Below, piece after piece: positions 39,849-50,817 of a stretch of DNA of 64,000 nucleotides. The stretch is from Oscillospiraceae bacterium (GTDB taxonomy: Bacteria > Bacillota > Clostridia > Oscillospirales > CAG-272): positions 10,346 to 74,345 of the forward strand of contig SVRL01000001.1 of the NCBI GenBank assembly GCA_015064845.1. Direction: 5' to 3'. Position numbers and translations under genes: made by a program. The notes beneath the pieces were generated by a model that worked only from the letters and a program-made list of their open reading frames with translations, was not told where the DNA came from and ran no database searches. The stretch's first letter is position 1. Each line of letters begins with the position of its first letter.

Positions 39849-39922
39849 CAGTATAATTATAGAAGTCGGTTCCGGTAAATCGACTTTTATATTAAGAATC
39901 AAAAAAGAAAACGGAGATTATT

Positions 39923-42900
39923 ATGAAACGCCATATCGCTCTCATTTTAGCTGCAATCATGATTTTTGCGCTCTGCTTTACTTCATGCAACAACACCGGA
40001 ACGGTGGAAAGTACACCGTCGAACGGAAACACAGGCACAAGCGCAAAACCCGAAAACAGCTCAAGTTCACAAACGTCCGGATCTTCAGAAAGTTCCAAGC
40101 AACCCGAAAACACAACCGCAGGATGCTCGCACAACTATGGAGATTGGATGACAACGAAAGCACCCACCTGTATGGAAAGCGGAAGCAAAGTTCGTATTTG
40201 CTCAAAATGTTCCCATGCGCAAACAGGAGAAGCAGCCGCTCTCGGACACACGACAGAAACGGGAATCTGTGAACGTTGCGGAGAAAATATCGGACAATCT
40301 CTCGCAGAAGCCATCCGCAGTGTCATCGAAATTTATGAAGTTTACGTCAGCAAAATCGATTCGGCAGGCGGCGTAAACATGGGAGTTGCTTTTACCAACA
40401 AATCGGATAAAACAATCAAATATATTCATTTTTACGTCAGACCTTATAACGCGGTCGGTGATTCACAAAAATGCGAAATCCGAGGATACAGCCGATTTGA
40501 TGCCTATATCACAGGTCCTCTGGAAGGCGGACACGAAGGATACAGCCGTTACGGCGAAAATACATCGGGCGGACATCATTGGGATGCATGCTGGTACAAC
40601 AATTCCATTTCCTATATTGACTTGGAAGGTGTCAAAATCGAATATATGGACGGTTCCACATATTCCTTGAACAGCGAAGAAGTAAAACTTGCTTTTACGG
40701 ATTATCCCATTATCGACGAGGTTGAAGATCTCGGATATAAAACGGGATTTTCCTACAACTCCCAGGATGAAACATTTAATTTTAGACTCATGCTGGTAAA
40801 CAGACATCATGTTTCTTTGGCAAGGAATGCAAAAGTAGACGTCCGTTTCGTCAACGGCAACAATGAGATCGTATTTTCCAAAACGTACCGCATCGATGAA
40901 GCTGACTTCGTTGAAGACCAAGAATTCAGCTTGGGAACAATCAAATATGCTTCTTTCTCCATTAATGACTGGGAAATTGAAGGAGGCACCACCGGTTCAG
41001 GATATTTGTATTACAAAGTATACAGCGATGACGGAGAATTCAGTTTTGAAGAAAAATCCGAATTTACCTCTGATTTGCCCAAAGAAACCGAATCCTACGA
41101 TACCTACCTCAATACTGAGGGACTTTCCTACAACGGATACTACCTCACGCTTTATACGAGCAACGGTTCCCTGTTTGCCATTCATGACGTAACCGAAACG
41201 ACCAAAAACTCCAAAATGACGATCACGGTCAGAGGAATCAAACTGGCAGGCCCCAAAACATATCAAAATCCGATTAAAATGACAGTTCTGGCTCCCAACG
41301 GATTCATTGCGGGAACACTCACGGGAGATCCTTGGGCATACGAATCGGGAGATACCTTCTCTTATACCGTAACACTCAACAACGTCGGAGACGGCGAATA
41401 TACGCTTTGCTTTGACGAACGCCTTTGTGACAGTAACGGTCTTTACTATAACATCAGTGAAAATCTGAATGCTTTTTCAGCATATCTTTCCAATCAAACG
41501 GTTGAACATCTCGTAGTTCCCTCCTCTTTTCTCAATCTTCCCGTAACCGCGCTCGAGACTCCTTGGAATATTGAAAATTCTTCTTTGAAATCTATTGAAA
41601 TTCCCGCATGCGTTACCATAATCGACGGCGGTATCTTCTCAAATTGCAATAATCTGACTTCCATTACCGTAGCTCAGAACAACCCCGTGTACCACAGCGC
41701 GGGAAACTGTATCATCGAAACCGCTTCCAAAACGCTGATTGCGGGATGCTCCACAAGCGTTATTCCCGCTGACGGCAGTGTAACCTGTATTTATTACAGC
41801 GCGTTCGACGGAATTCACGGATTGAAGAACATCGTTATTCCCGAGATCGTTACGAAAATCCTCGACGGAGCATTCCAAAATTGCACCTCGCTGGAAAGCA
41901 TCCAATTGCCGAGCAGCCTCATTGAATTGGGATCTATGGCGTTCAGCGGATGCAGATCCTTGAAATCCGTAACCGTTCCCGAGAAAATTACGGAACTGAA
42001 CGCATATCTTTTCTCAGAATGTACTTCTTTGGAAACCGTCGTATTCGAAGGGGATGTAACAGACATCTATACCGGCGCATTTTATCTCTGCTCTTCGCTG
42101 AAAACCTGTGATCTTCCCTCCTCCGTCACTTATATATCTGATTACGTTTTTGAAGGCTGTACGCTTCTGACAGAAAAAGAAAACGGTCTGTTCTACGTCG
42201 GTAATTGGCTCGTTGGTGCTGAAGATGGTATTTTTGATGCCGATATCCGAATGGGTACCATCGGTATTGCAGGAAATATTTTCGCTTTGCAAACGACATT
42301 GAAAACGGTTTATATTCCCGCAAGCGTCCGCCATATCGGAAATTACGTATTTGAATCTTGTTCAAATTTAAGAAAAGCAACGATTGAAAACGGTATTGAC
42401 CATCTGAGCGCAGGATTATTTGCTAATTGTTACCGTTTGGAAAAAATTATTTTTACAGGTACGAAAGCGCAATGGGAGGCCCTTGAAAAGAATTCCTCCT
42501 GGTTCAATGGCAAACTTACCGTCATCTGTACCGATGGAGAAGAAAGCTTCGCTAATATAAAATCCAACAGTTCTCACATCTGGTGGACAAACGTTTCCTC
42601 CGGACAGGATCGTTGGAACTTTAACAATCCCTATATTAAGGGAAGCACGCTTTATATTCCCTGTACGCAAGTTATTTTTGCCGCGCCCTTCTCCTGGAAC
42701 GATAAAACCGATTCGGGAAAACTGACGGGAGAAGCAGCCGTCACGAATTATTTCAACGGAATCAAAGCAAAAGTCAGCGGTACGTATGAGAAAAAAGAGT
42801 TCTCAGCCAATGAAGCGCAAAGCTTCATTCTGGAAATTCCATTGGATGAACTGAATCAAGAAAAACCCGAAGAATTGTATTTACGTTTGGAAGCACTTGT

Positions 42901-42949
42901 CAACGGCAAGCTCTCTTACGTTTTGATCAATTTCGAAATCAACTGGTAA
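39923..42949 (+). CDS. BspA-like LRR surface lipoprotein
   Basis: Lipobox FTSC, S/T-rich linker, PTC...C-x2-C module, LRR_5-type repeats. Confidence 0.87.
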   Translation: MKRHIALILAAIMIFALCFTSCNNTGTVESTPSNGNTGTSAKPENSSSSQTSGSSESSKQPENTTAGCSHNYGDWMTTKAPTCMESGSKVRICSKCSHAQTGEAAALGHTTETGICERCGENIGQSLAEAIRSVIEIYEVYVSKIDSAGGVNMGVAFTNKSDKTIKYIHFYVRPYNAVGDSQKCEIRGYSRFDAYITGPLEGGHEGYSRYGENTSGGHHWDACWYNNSISYIDLEGVKIEYMDGSTYSLNSEEVKLAFTDYPIIDEVEDLGYKTGFSYNSQDETFNFRLMLVNRHHVSLARNAKVDVRFVNGNNEIVFSKTYRIDEADFVEDQEFSLGTIKYASFSINDWEIEGGTTGSGYLYYKVYSDDGEFSFEEKSEFTSDLPKETESYDTYLNTEGLSYNGYYLTLYTSNGSLFAIHDVTETTKNSKMTITVRGIKLAGPKTYQNPIKMTVLAPNGFIAGTLTGDPWAYESGDTFSYTVTLNNVGDGEYTLCFDERLCDSNGLYYNISENLNAFSAYLSNQTVEHLVVPSSFLNLPVTALETPWNIENSSLKSIEIPACVTIIDGGIFSNCNNLTSITVAQNNPVYHSAGNCIIETASKTLIAGCSTSVIPADGSVTCIYYSAFDGIHGLKNIVIPEIVTKILDGAFQNCTSLESIQLPSSLIELGSMAFSGCRSLKSVTVPEKITELNAYLFSECTSLETVVFEGDVTDIYTGAFYLCSSLKTCDLPSSVTYISDYVFEGCTLLTEKENGLFYVGNWLVGAEDGIFDADIRMGTIGIAGNIFALQTTLKTVYIPASVRHIGNYVFESCSNLRKATIENGIDHLSAGLFANCYRLEKIIFTGTKAQWEALEKNSSWFNGKLTVICTDGEESFANIKSNSSHIWWTNVSSGQDRWNFNNPYIKGSTLYIPCTQVIFAAPFSWNDKTDSGKLTGEAAVTNYFNGIKAKVSGTYEKKEFSANEAQSFILEIPLDELNQEKPEELYLRLEALVNGKLSYVLINFEINW

Positions 42950-42955
42950 TATTGG

Positions 42956-43002
42956 AAAAACCGAGCCAAAAGTCTGCGGTTAGCGATTGGTTCGGTTTTT
43001 TT
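42956..43002 (+). terminator. Intrinsic terminator
   Basis: AAAAACCGAGCCAA...TTGGTTCGGTTTTTTT. Confidence 0.75.
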
Positions 43003-43039
43003 ACCAAAAAATTTCATAACCGTCAAAAGGACTTTACCC

Positions 43040-43068
43040 TTGACATTATGACTTTCATATATTATAAT
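43040..43068 (+). promoter_or_regulatory. Consensus sigma-A promoter of rny
   Basis: TTGACA-17 bp-TATAAT. Confidence 0.8.
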
Positions 43069-43167
43069 ATAAGATGATATATGACAGTTTTTTCCTTAAA
43101 ATTCTGCGATATATCTTTGAATTTTTAAAATAAATTGTAAAAAGAAAAAGGAGGTGCTCCACTCTCT

Positions 43168-44748
43168 ATGGACCCAGTATTGATCAGTGTAATTTGTGTC
43201 ATTGCCGGTATTGTATTCGGTACGGGCGCAGGCATTGTCGTCGGCAACAAAACCGGTTTTAAAAAAGGTTATCAAAACCGTTTGGAAATCGGAGAAAAAG
43301 CGATCGGCTCTGCCGAAAAAGAAGCGGAACGTATCGTTGCGGAAGCAAAGAAACGAGGCGATGCCAAATACAAAGAAATGGTTGTTGAAGCAAAAGAGGA
43401 TATCCTCAAAGCAAAAACCGAAGCAGAAAGAGAAAACAAAGAACGTCGTCAAGAGATCCTTCGTTTGGAAAATAAAGCTCTTGCCAAAGAAGAAACTTTG
43501 GAAAAGAAAATCGAAAATTTCGAGCGCAAGGACGAGCTTCTGAACAAAAAAATTCGTGAAAACGAAAAAATTCAGGAAGAAATCGAACAAATCAAATCTC
43601 AACAGCTTGAAAAGCTGGAAGAAATCAGCGGATATACGTCTGAAACGGCAAAAGCAGAACTTGTTTCCAAAATTGAAACGGAAGCAAAGCGCGAAGCAGC
43701 CGTCAAAATGACGCAAATTGAAGCAGAGCTCAAAGATACCGCTGATGAAAAAGCAAAGAAAATCATTACGGAAGCCATTCAAAGACTTGCTTCCGGACAC
43801 GTTTCCGAAACGACCGTTTCCGTCGTTCCCCTACCCAGCGAGGAAATGAAGGGACGCATTATCGGACGTGAAGGAAGAAACATTCATAAGATCGAAACGC
43901 TGACCGGCGTTGACCTTATCATCGATGATACACCCGAAGCCATCACACTTTCCTGTTTTGACCCGATTCGCAGAGAAATCGCAAGAATCGTTTTGGAAAG
44001 ATTGATTTCCGACGGACGTATTCATCCTTCCAGAATCGAAGAAACATTTGAAAAAGCACAAAAAGAAGTGGAACAGAGCATCAAACAAGCAGGCGAAAAA
44101 GCCGCTTTCGATACGTTTGTCAACGGTTTGCATCCCGATCTCGTCCGTCTGCTCGGCAGACTCAAATACCGCACAAGTTACGGACAAAACGTTCTCGACC
44201 ACTCCATGGAAGTTGCTTATCTTGCAGGCGCGATGGCGAGCGAGCTCGGTCTCGACAGTACCCTCGCAAGACGTGCAGGTTTGCTCCATGATATCGGTAA
44301 AGCACTCACACAAGAAGTTGAAGGTTCTCACATTCAGCTCGGTGTTGAGATTGCCCGTAAATTCAAAGAAAACAAAGACGTTGTGCATGCCATCGAAGCG
44401 CACCACGGCGACGTGGAAGCAAAAAATGTGATTGCAATTCTCGTTCAGGCAGCGGATGCCATTTCCGCAGCAAGACCCGGCGCACGCAGAGAAGACCTTG
44501 ACAGTTATATCAAGCGTTTGCAGAAGTTGGAAGAAATTGCAAATGAATTCAACGGTGTTGAAAAATCTTATGCCATCCAGGCAGGTCGCGAAATCCGTGT
44601 TATTGTAAAACCCGAACAGGTTGTCGATGCGGAAATCGTTATCATTGCGCATGACATTGCAAAGAAAATTGAAAATGAACTCGAATATCCGGGTCAGATC
44701 AAAGTTCAGGTCATCCGCGAAAACCGCGCGTTTGAATACGCGAAATAA
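43168..44748 (+). CDS. rny: Ribonuclease Y
   Basis: N-terminal TM, coiled coil, KH ([11 protein letters not shown]) and HD (LLHDIGK) domains. Confidence 0.97.
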   Translation: MDPVLISVICVIAGIVFGTGAGIVVGNKTGFKKGYQNRLEIGEKAIGSAEKEAERIVAEAKKRGDAKYKEMVVEAKEDILKAKTEAERENKERRQEILRLENKALAKEETLEKKIENFERKDELLNKKIRENEKIQEEIEQIKSQQLEKLEEISGYTSETAKAELVSKIETEAKREAAVKMTQIEAELKDTADEKAKKIITEAIQRLASGHVSETTVSVVPLPSEEMKGRIIGREGRNIHKIETLTGVDLIIDDTPEAITLSCFDPIRREIARIVLERLISDGRIHPSRIEETFEKAQKEVEQSIKQAGEKAAFDTFVNGLHPDLVRLLGRLKYRTSYGQNVLDHSMEVAYLAGAMASELGLDSTLARRAGLLHDIGKALTQEVEGSHIQLGVEIARKFKENKDVVHAIEAHHGDVEAKNVIAILVQAADAISAARPGARREDLDSYIKRLQKLEEIANEFNGVEKSYAIQAGREIRVIVKPEQVVDAEIVIIAHDIAKKIENELEYPGQIKVQVIRENRAFEYAK

Positions 44749-44820
44749 TTTTATATAGATTTTAATATAGATTGTTAAAATGAAAATTTCGGCTTCGCCG
44801 AGAATATATAAAATGAAATA

Positions 44821-44857
44821 AAAACTCCGATACGAAAAAATTCGTATCGGAGTTTTT
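44821..44857. terminator. Bidirectional intrinsic terminator
   Basis: AAAACTCCGATACGAA-loop-TTCGTATCGGAGTTTT. Confidence 0.9.
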
Positions 44858-44871
44858 CTCTTAAAACAAAT

Positions 44872-45690
44872 TCAATCCAAACCAACCGCTTCAAAACCGG
44901 AATCCTTCAAAACGTAGATTTCTTTGAAACCGACGGATTTCAGAAGTTCCGCACTGTCATCAAAGCTTTGCTTCAGAAAATCGCCGTTGTGGCAATCGGA
45001 GCTGATGCAAGCGCCCCAACCGTGTTCCTTCAAATATTTCAAAATGAAGGGATGAGGATACGGGGTTGTTCTGTAACCGCGGGAAATCGCGCCTGTATTG
45101 ACTTCAAAAAACGGAATTTTTCCCGTCAGAGCATCCATCGCATCCAATGCGTATTTACGGTATACGGGAGAATCCACGTCAAAGAAATTTTCTTTTTCGG
45201 AAAATTTACAGATCAGATCCGCATGGCCGAGAATATCGGTTTTTGCAAAATTCGGAAGCTGCGCCAAGGTTTCATAATATGCTTTGGCATATTTCATACC
45301 GTCACCGCCAAAATAATCCTTGATAATTCCCGCAACAACGGGGGCTGTACGGTCAAAACCAACGTGTTTTCCGTCAATCAGAAGATAATGCGCGGCACCG
45401 ATCAGATAATCGTAGCCCGAAAGATCAATTTCGGAATACATATCAAATTCCAGGCCACAGAAAATATCAATCTGACCTTTATATTTTTCTTTCATTGCGC
45501 GAACTTCCTTTTTATATTCTTCCGTACCCGCAAGAGACATCGAATGATCGGGCGCATAGAACATATAAGAGTGTCCGGAAAAACCAAGGGAATCAAAACC
45601 AAGCCCAATGGCTTTTTGAATCATTTCTTCCACACTGTCCTTGCCATCGCAATACGAAGTGTGCGTATGTAAATTCTGATAATATTTCAT
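44872..45690 (-). CDS. Histidinol-phosphatase HisJ-family PHP protein
   Basis: NLHTHTSYCDG, GFSGH, GHAD and SSDCH motifs; AGGAG RBS. Confidence 0.85.
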   Translation of the reverse strand: MKYYQNLHTHTSYCDGKDSVEEMIQKAIGLGFDSLGFSGHSYMFYAPDHSMSLAGTEEYKKEVRAMKEKYKGQIDIFCGLEFDMYSEIDLSGYDYLIGAAHYLLIDGKHVGFDRTAPVVAGIIKDYFGGDGMKYAKAYYETLAQLPNFAKTDILGHADLICKFSEKENFFDVDSPVYRKYALDAMDALTGKIPFFEVNTGAISRGYRTTPYPHPFILKYLKEHGWGACISSDCHNGDFLKQSFDDSAELLKSVGFKEIYVLKDSGFEAVGLD

Positions 45691-45701
45691 GTTTAATCTC
45701 C

Positions 45702-47444
45702 TTATTCTGCAATAGATTCCATTTTCGCATCCGCTGTACGGAAAAAGGCATCCGTTGCCTTTCCGCGCTGAATCAATTCGTTCCAGATTACCCAAATTGC
45801 CGCATTCCAACCCTGATTGGCTTTCACGCCCTTTCCTTTGATTGTATGCATATATTCGTGCGTAGCACCGTCGTAATCAAGATCGATCATCAAACGCTCC
45901 GTCATATTCTTTTCCGCATCGGATACGCCGTGGAGATAAGCAGCAATATGAAAAAGCATTTCATAAACGTGGTAAGAACCGCCGTTTGCATATCTCCCCG
46001 TTTCAATGGTATCAAATCCCGGATGAACGTAACCGTTCAAACCGAACGCCTCCACAGGAAGATACGAACCGTCCGGCGCAGAAACGATCTTAATGCCGTA
46101 AGGCGTTTTGGAAGCGCCGTCGCAAATCTTCCGATATGTTTTTTCTACCATTTCATCAGAAATGAAAAGCTCGTCAAAAAGCATATAATACAATACTTCG
46201 CCAACCGTTATATCAAGCGCAAGAAATTGTTTTTTCTCGCTCATAGGGATATATTCGCCATTGAAAAGAGCGGAATAACGGGCAATCGCTTTCTCTTTGA
46301 GATCTCCGATATCGTATCCAAGACGTTTTGCGGCTTCCAAAGCGCAAACACAAAGTCCCTGATTATAGGCATCGATATCATCCAATTCATAACAGCAAAT
46401 ATCAAACCAATTACGAAAAGAACAATCTTCTCTGCAATTGGGATAATAACCGCCGTCTGCCGTAAATTTATTCATACACGCTTTGACGGTTTCAAACGCC
46501 TGATCTGCTCTTTTTTGATTGAATGTTTTTCCGTTTTTGAAAATTCGATAAGACCAAATCAGATAAATCAAAGGATTTTCCGCATCCTTAAATTCATAAT
46601 CAAGAGCGCGGTAACATTGATCCTGTGTATATTCATCCAAAATCCACGTTTGATAAAAAGAATCTCTGAAATATTGTGTATTGGCATATTCAATTCCCGC
46701 AACAACCCATTTATCGCTTCTTCCCGTTTCATTTTTACGAATGTGCATATAGTTGCACGCAAAACAAGCGGCACGATAGAGCGAATCGCTTCCGCCGCCC
46801 CAAACCTTTTCAATCATGAGAAAAACTTCACGTCTGATGGCTTTCAAGGTATGCGCATTGGAGCGAAACGCCACGAAACGAAACGTATGCGTTTTTCCGT
46901 TGCCGATTTTATGATAAATGGGTTCAAAATGATCGCTTTCCGGATAATTCGGCGCACCGCCCGGATCGCCCGAAGAGAGATAAAAACGGTTTTCATTGGG
47001 AAGGAGATGCTGTGTCGTTGCGTTTTCAAAATAGGAAGGGTTGTCCGAAACAAAAACTTCTGATTTTTCACCTTCGACAGCAGCTACCATCGGAATCGCC
47101 CCTCTTTGCATTTTGAATTGATAATTATGAACATTATGAGGGCTTTGACGGAAAATTCTTTCATCAAAGCAAGGACCTTTGAAAGAATAAAACTTGCATT
47201 CCCCTTTTCCGCAAAGAGAAATATAAACGGATGATTCTTCCTTTGCCGAAACCGTAATTTCAATGATTTTATAGATGCCCTTCTCTTCGCATCCGATATG
47301 AAATTCATACAGATCGGACACAATCGTTTTTTCGCCTTTTTGGGCAAATATATCAGCACATTCATCAATCAAAAAATTTTTTTCTTTGGTATGTAAAATA
47401 TAAGAGTATTTCATGATCGTTGTCCTTTTGGAATATTGATTCAT
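45702..47444 (-). CDS. Hypothetical protein, probable six-hairpin glycosidase fold (start uncertain)
   Basis: YFRDSF, YANGGS and C-terminal QGWNAA resemble (alpha/alpha)6 glycosidase motifs. Confidence 0.55.
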   Translation of the reverse strand: MNQYSKRTTIMKYSYILHTKEKNFLIDECADIFAQKGEKTIVSDLYEFHIGCEEKGIYKIIEITVSAKEESSVYISLCGKGECKFYSFKGPCFDERIFRQSPHNVHNYQFKMQRGAIPMVAAVEGEKSEVFVSDNPSYFENATTQHLLPNENRFYLSSGDPGGAPNYPESDHFEPIYHKIGNGKTHTFRFVAFRSNAHTLKAIRREVFLMIEKVWGGGSDSLYRAACFACNYMHIRKNETGRSDKWVVAGIEYANTQYFRDSFYQTWILDEYTQDQCYRALDYEFKDAENPLIYLIWSYRIFKNGKTFNQKRADQAFETVKACMNKFTADGGYYPNCREDCSFRNWFDICCYELDDIDAYNQGLCVCALEAAKRLGYDIGDLKEKAIARYSALFNGEYIPMSEKKQFLALDITVGEVLYYMLFDELFISDEMVEKTYRKICDGASKTPYGIKIVSAPDGSYLPVEAFGLNGYVHPGFDTIETGRYANGGSYHVYEMLFHIAAYLHGVSDAEKNMTERLMIDLDYDGATHEYMHTIKGKGVKANQGWNAAIWVIWNELIQRGKATDAFFRTADAKMESIAE

Positions 47445-47521
47445 CCTCCCGGAATTCCGAGAGGATGAACACCGCTCAATTGAACAATATTCGAAATATC
47501 CAATCGTTCAATTTTGTATTT

Positions 47522-48913
47522 TTACTTGCAAATACGGAGAATCGCTTCCGCAAAAATCTTGGCGTTAAGCACCAAATGATTCAAGGAAATATATTCGTCC
47601 GCGCCGTGAACGTGGTTATCTTCTCCGAGAAATTCCGCGCCAAATGCAACACCGCCTTCAATATCATGGACATAAGTGCCGCCGCCAATAGCAAGACAGT
47701 ATCCGGGGTTGCCCGTAAATTCGGTATAAACGTTCAGAAGCGTCTGAATAAATTCACTGTTTTCATCCACGTAATGCGGTTCAACACCTTTGTATTCCGA
47801 AAGTGTGAGTCCCGCGTTATTCAATGCAGATTCCAATTTTTCATGAACGGATGCTACGCATTCGCAAATGGGGAAACGTATATCAAACGAGCCTTCCAAT
47901 TCGCCTTTTTCATATCGGAGCATACTGAATACAAATGTCAGCGCGCCGGATTTTTCATCCTGCGCATTGATTCCCAAAGAAGCGCCGTCGCATTCGCCGT
48001 ATACAAAATTTTCAGAAAGCGTTGCAAACAAAGCCGCGCTTTCATCGTCAGTCTTCAAAGCGCCGAGCACACGGCAAAGAGCGGTAACTGCATTTTTACC
48101 CATATACGGAAGAGAAGCATGAGCAGCCTTTCCGTTTACCGTCAATCTTGCAAAATCGCCGTCCGTATGAACTTCCATGGTAACATCAGCAGGCAAACGC
48201 TTCTTTGCCGCAGCAATTTCAGCGGACGAAAATCCTTTGATGACGGCAACCGCTTTTTCGGGAACAGCATTGACTGCGACACCGGCCTGTACGGAAACAA
48301 TGGTTTTTTCTCCGTTTGCGCAAATTGTTTTTGTAAATTTACCGGGCATACGTCCCTTTTCGAGATTGATGACGGGATAGCTTGCATCGGGAGTAAATAC
48401 ATAAGGAGGAAGTGCTTCTTTTTTACGATAATAAACGAGATCGGAAGAACCGCATTCTTCATCCGTACCAACGATCAGACGTACGTTTTTGGAAAGCTTA
48501 CAGCCACATTCCTTCAAAGCACGGAGCGCAAACAAAACGGCAACAGCAGGACCTTTATCATCGGAAGAACCTCTGCCGTAAAGCTTTCCTCCGCTGAGAG
48601 TCAAAGCATAGGGAGGATATTTCCAACCGGTGCCTTCCGGAACAACGTCCAGATGGCAAAGCACACCAAGTTTCGTTTCCAGATTCGGATTCATATCTAC
48701 CGTTCCCACGTAATTTTCATGATTTGTCACAGTAAAGCCGCTTTCCTTTGCCATTTCTAACATTTTAGCAAGAACGCGTGCGTTTTCTTTTCCGTAGGGC
48801 ATATCCTCTTCAGGCGCGGATTTTACGCTCGGAATTGCAACAAGGGAAGAAAGACAGTTGATCATTTCGCTTACATGATCATCTATATATTTATTGATTT
48901 TGGAAGGCATCAT
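47522..48913 (-). CDS. pepV: M20-family dipeptidase (PepV/Sapep-like)
   Basis: HLDVVP, GRGSSDDKGP, GTDEECG, GGGTY and HGADE motifs. Confidence 0.88.
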   Translation of the reverse strand: MMPSKINKYIDDHVSEMINCLSSLVAIPSVKSAPEEDMPYGKENARVLAKMLEMAKESGFTVTNHENYVGTVDMNPNLETKLGVLCHLDVVPEGTGWKYPPYALTLSGGKLYGRGSSDDKGPAVAVLFALRALKECGCKLSKNVRLIVGTDEECGSSDLVYYRKKEALPPYVFTPDASYPVINLEKGRMPGKFTKTICANGEKTIVSVQAGVAVNAVPEKAVAVIKGFSSAEIAAAKKRLPADVTMEVHTDGDFARLTVNGKAAHASLPYMGKNAVTALCRVLGALKTDDESAALFATLSENFVYGECDGASLGINAQDEKSGALTFVFSMLRYEKGELEGSFDIRFPICECVASVHEKLESALNNAGLTLSEYKGVEPHYVDENSEFIQTLLNVYTEFTGNPGYCLAIGGGTYVHDIEGGVAFGAEFLGEDNHVHGADEYISLNHLVLNAKIFAEAILRICK

Positions 48914-48948
48914 TGTATCATCATTCCTTTCAAATATTTCTGAATTTT

Positions 48949-49605
48949 TTACTCTTCATCGCGAAGCAAAAAACTTGCTTCGCGTATATCTTCATAAGAA
49001 AAACCGTATCGCAAAAGAGAAGCGACAGCTTTATTCCTTTTTTCCGGCGTTTCAAAAATCTCAGTACCGCCCATAGAGCGGATACGCTTGGCGCAAGCTT
49101 CGGAAAAATCAAATTCACCGAACTCCAACGCTTTGCGAATCACTTCCTCCGAAAACCCCTTACGGAAAAGCTCCTGTTGAATCCGTTTTTTTCCGTATCC
49201 TTTTTTCTTTGCCAGATTTTCTGCAAACTGTGCTGCATCTTCAGTCTCACGGATATATCCTTTTTCAACCAGAAAAGAAACCGCTTCTTCCGCAATTTCG
49301 GAAGAATAGCCCTTTTTCTTCAGTTTTTCCGTCAATGCTTTCGGGGTATTTTTCGCATAGCCAAGCAAATCCAAGCCTTTTCTGATTGCGGAGTATAATT
49401 TCATGGAACGAAGAATTTCCTCGCACTGTTCTCTTTCAATCAAAATAGGTTCTTTCAAGAAAGAAGGTAAACGCAAAGAGGAAAACATGGAAGCGGAAAC
49501 CTTACCTTTGATATATTGAGATTCCTTTCCGTTGGAAATCTCCAAAGAAATTTCCGCTTCCTCGCCGTTCCCCAGCGCCTGAATTTTATATATGGAAATA
49601 CGCAT
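48949..49605 (-). CDS. recX: Regulatory protein RecX
   Basis: YGKKRIQQELFRKG and LLRYGFSY motifs; directly downstream of recA. Confidence 0.88.
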   Translation of the reverse strand: MRISIYKIQALGNGEEAEISLEISNGKESQYIKGKVSASMFSSLRLPSFLKEPILIEREQCEEILRSMKLYSAIRKGLDLLGYAKNTPKALTEKLKKKGYSSEIAEEAVSFLVEKGYIRETEDAAQFAENLAKKKGYGKKRIQQELFRKGFSEEVIRKALEFGEFDFSEACAKRIRSMGGTEIFETPEKRNKAVASLLRYGFSYEDIREASFLLRDEE

Positions 49606-50744
49606 TAATCGTCATTTTCGATATCGAGCAAACGGATATCGAAATCATCTCCGTCTTCGTCGCCGTTTCCTTCTTCGTCTTCATCCAAGGAATAGGTATC
49701 GTCGCCGGAAAGATCAAGATCTTTTCCCTGCAATTTGATTTTTTCTTCCAGTTCCTTCATCAATTCGGCATTTTCAGCAATGGCCTTTTTCGTATTTTCC
49801 TTACCTTGCGCAACCTTTTCTCCGTTATAAGAGAACCATGAGCCGCTCTTCTGAATAATACCGAGTTCAATGGCAACGTCAATAATTTCGCCCGCCTTGG
49901 AGATGCCCTTTCCGTAAATGATATCGAATTCCGCAACACGGAAAGGAGGAGCCACTTTATTTTTAACGACTTTACATTTTACACGGTTTCCGAAAACTTC
50001 ATCGCCTTGTTTGAGATTTTCAACCTTACGTACGTCGATACGAACGGAAGCATAGAATTTCAAAGCACGTCCACCGGTTGTAGTTTCGGGATTTCCGTAC
50101 ATAACACCGACCTTTTCACGGAGCTGGTTAATGAAAATAACCACGCAATTTGTTTTGGAAATAGAACCTGAAAGTTTACGGAGCGCCTGGCTCATCAATC
50201 TTGCTTGCAATCCAACATGACTGGAACCCATATCGCCATCGATTTCCTGTTGAGGAACCAAAGCGGCAACGGAGTCCACGACAACAACGTCAACTGCGCC
50301 GGAGCGAACGAGCGCATCCGTGATTTCAAGAGCCTGTTCGCCGCTGTCGGGCTGAGAAACAAGCAAATTATCAATATTTACACCCAGCGCCTTCGCATAA
50401 ATAGGATCCAAAGCGTGTTCCGCGTCAATGAAAGCCGCTTCGCCGCCAAGTTTCTGAACTTCTGCGGCAATATGAAGAGCAACAGTTGTTTTACCGGAAG
50501 ATTCAGGTCCGAAAATTTCAACGATTCTTCCCTTCGGAACACCGCCGATACCCAGCGCAAGGTCAAGAGTCAAGGAACCTGTAGGAATTGCTTCCACGCT
50601 CATATGCGCATTTTCACCGAGTTTCATGATCGTACCTTTACCAAAATCCTTTTCGATTTGGGAAAGTGCGGTTGCAAGTGCTTTTTTCTTATCCTCCGCA
50701 GAAACGGGGTATACCACGGCATTCTTCTTTTTCTTTTCTGCCAT
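49605..50744 (-). CDS. recA: Recombinase RecA
   Basis: [17 protein letters not shown] and [12 protein letters not shown] motifs; acidic C-terminal tail. Confidence 0.98.
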   Translation of the reverse strand: MAEKKKKNAVVYPVSAEDKKKALATALSQIEKDFGKGTIMKLGENAHMSVEAIPTGSLTLDLALGIGGVPKGRIVEIFGPESSGKTTVALHIAAEVQKLGGEAAFIDAEHALDPIYAKALGVNIDNLLVSQPDSGEQALEITDALVRSGAVDVVVVDSVAALVPQQEIDGDMGSSHVGLQARLMSQALRKLSGSISKTNCVVIFINQLREKVGVMYGNPETTTGGRALKFYASVRIDVRKVENLKQGDEVFGNRVKCKVVKNKVAPPFRVAEFDIIYGKGISKAGEIIDVAIELGIIQKSGSWFSYNGEKVAQGKENTKKAIAENAELMKELEEKIKLQGKDLDLSGDDTYSLDEDEEGNGDEDGDDFDIRLLDIENDD

Positions 50745-50817
50745 ATTGATTAAAATCCTTTCTTCAAGAAAATATACTTTAAGGGAAATATTCCCTGTCC
50801 TTTTTTATTTAATTGTT

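Noticed and set aside
50745-50817. LexA (GAAC-N4-GTTC) box upstream of recA
   Set aside because: No match seen in the short gyrA-recA spacer.
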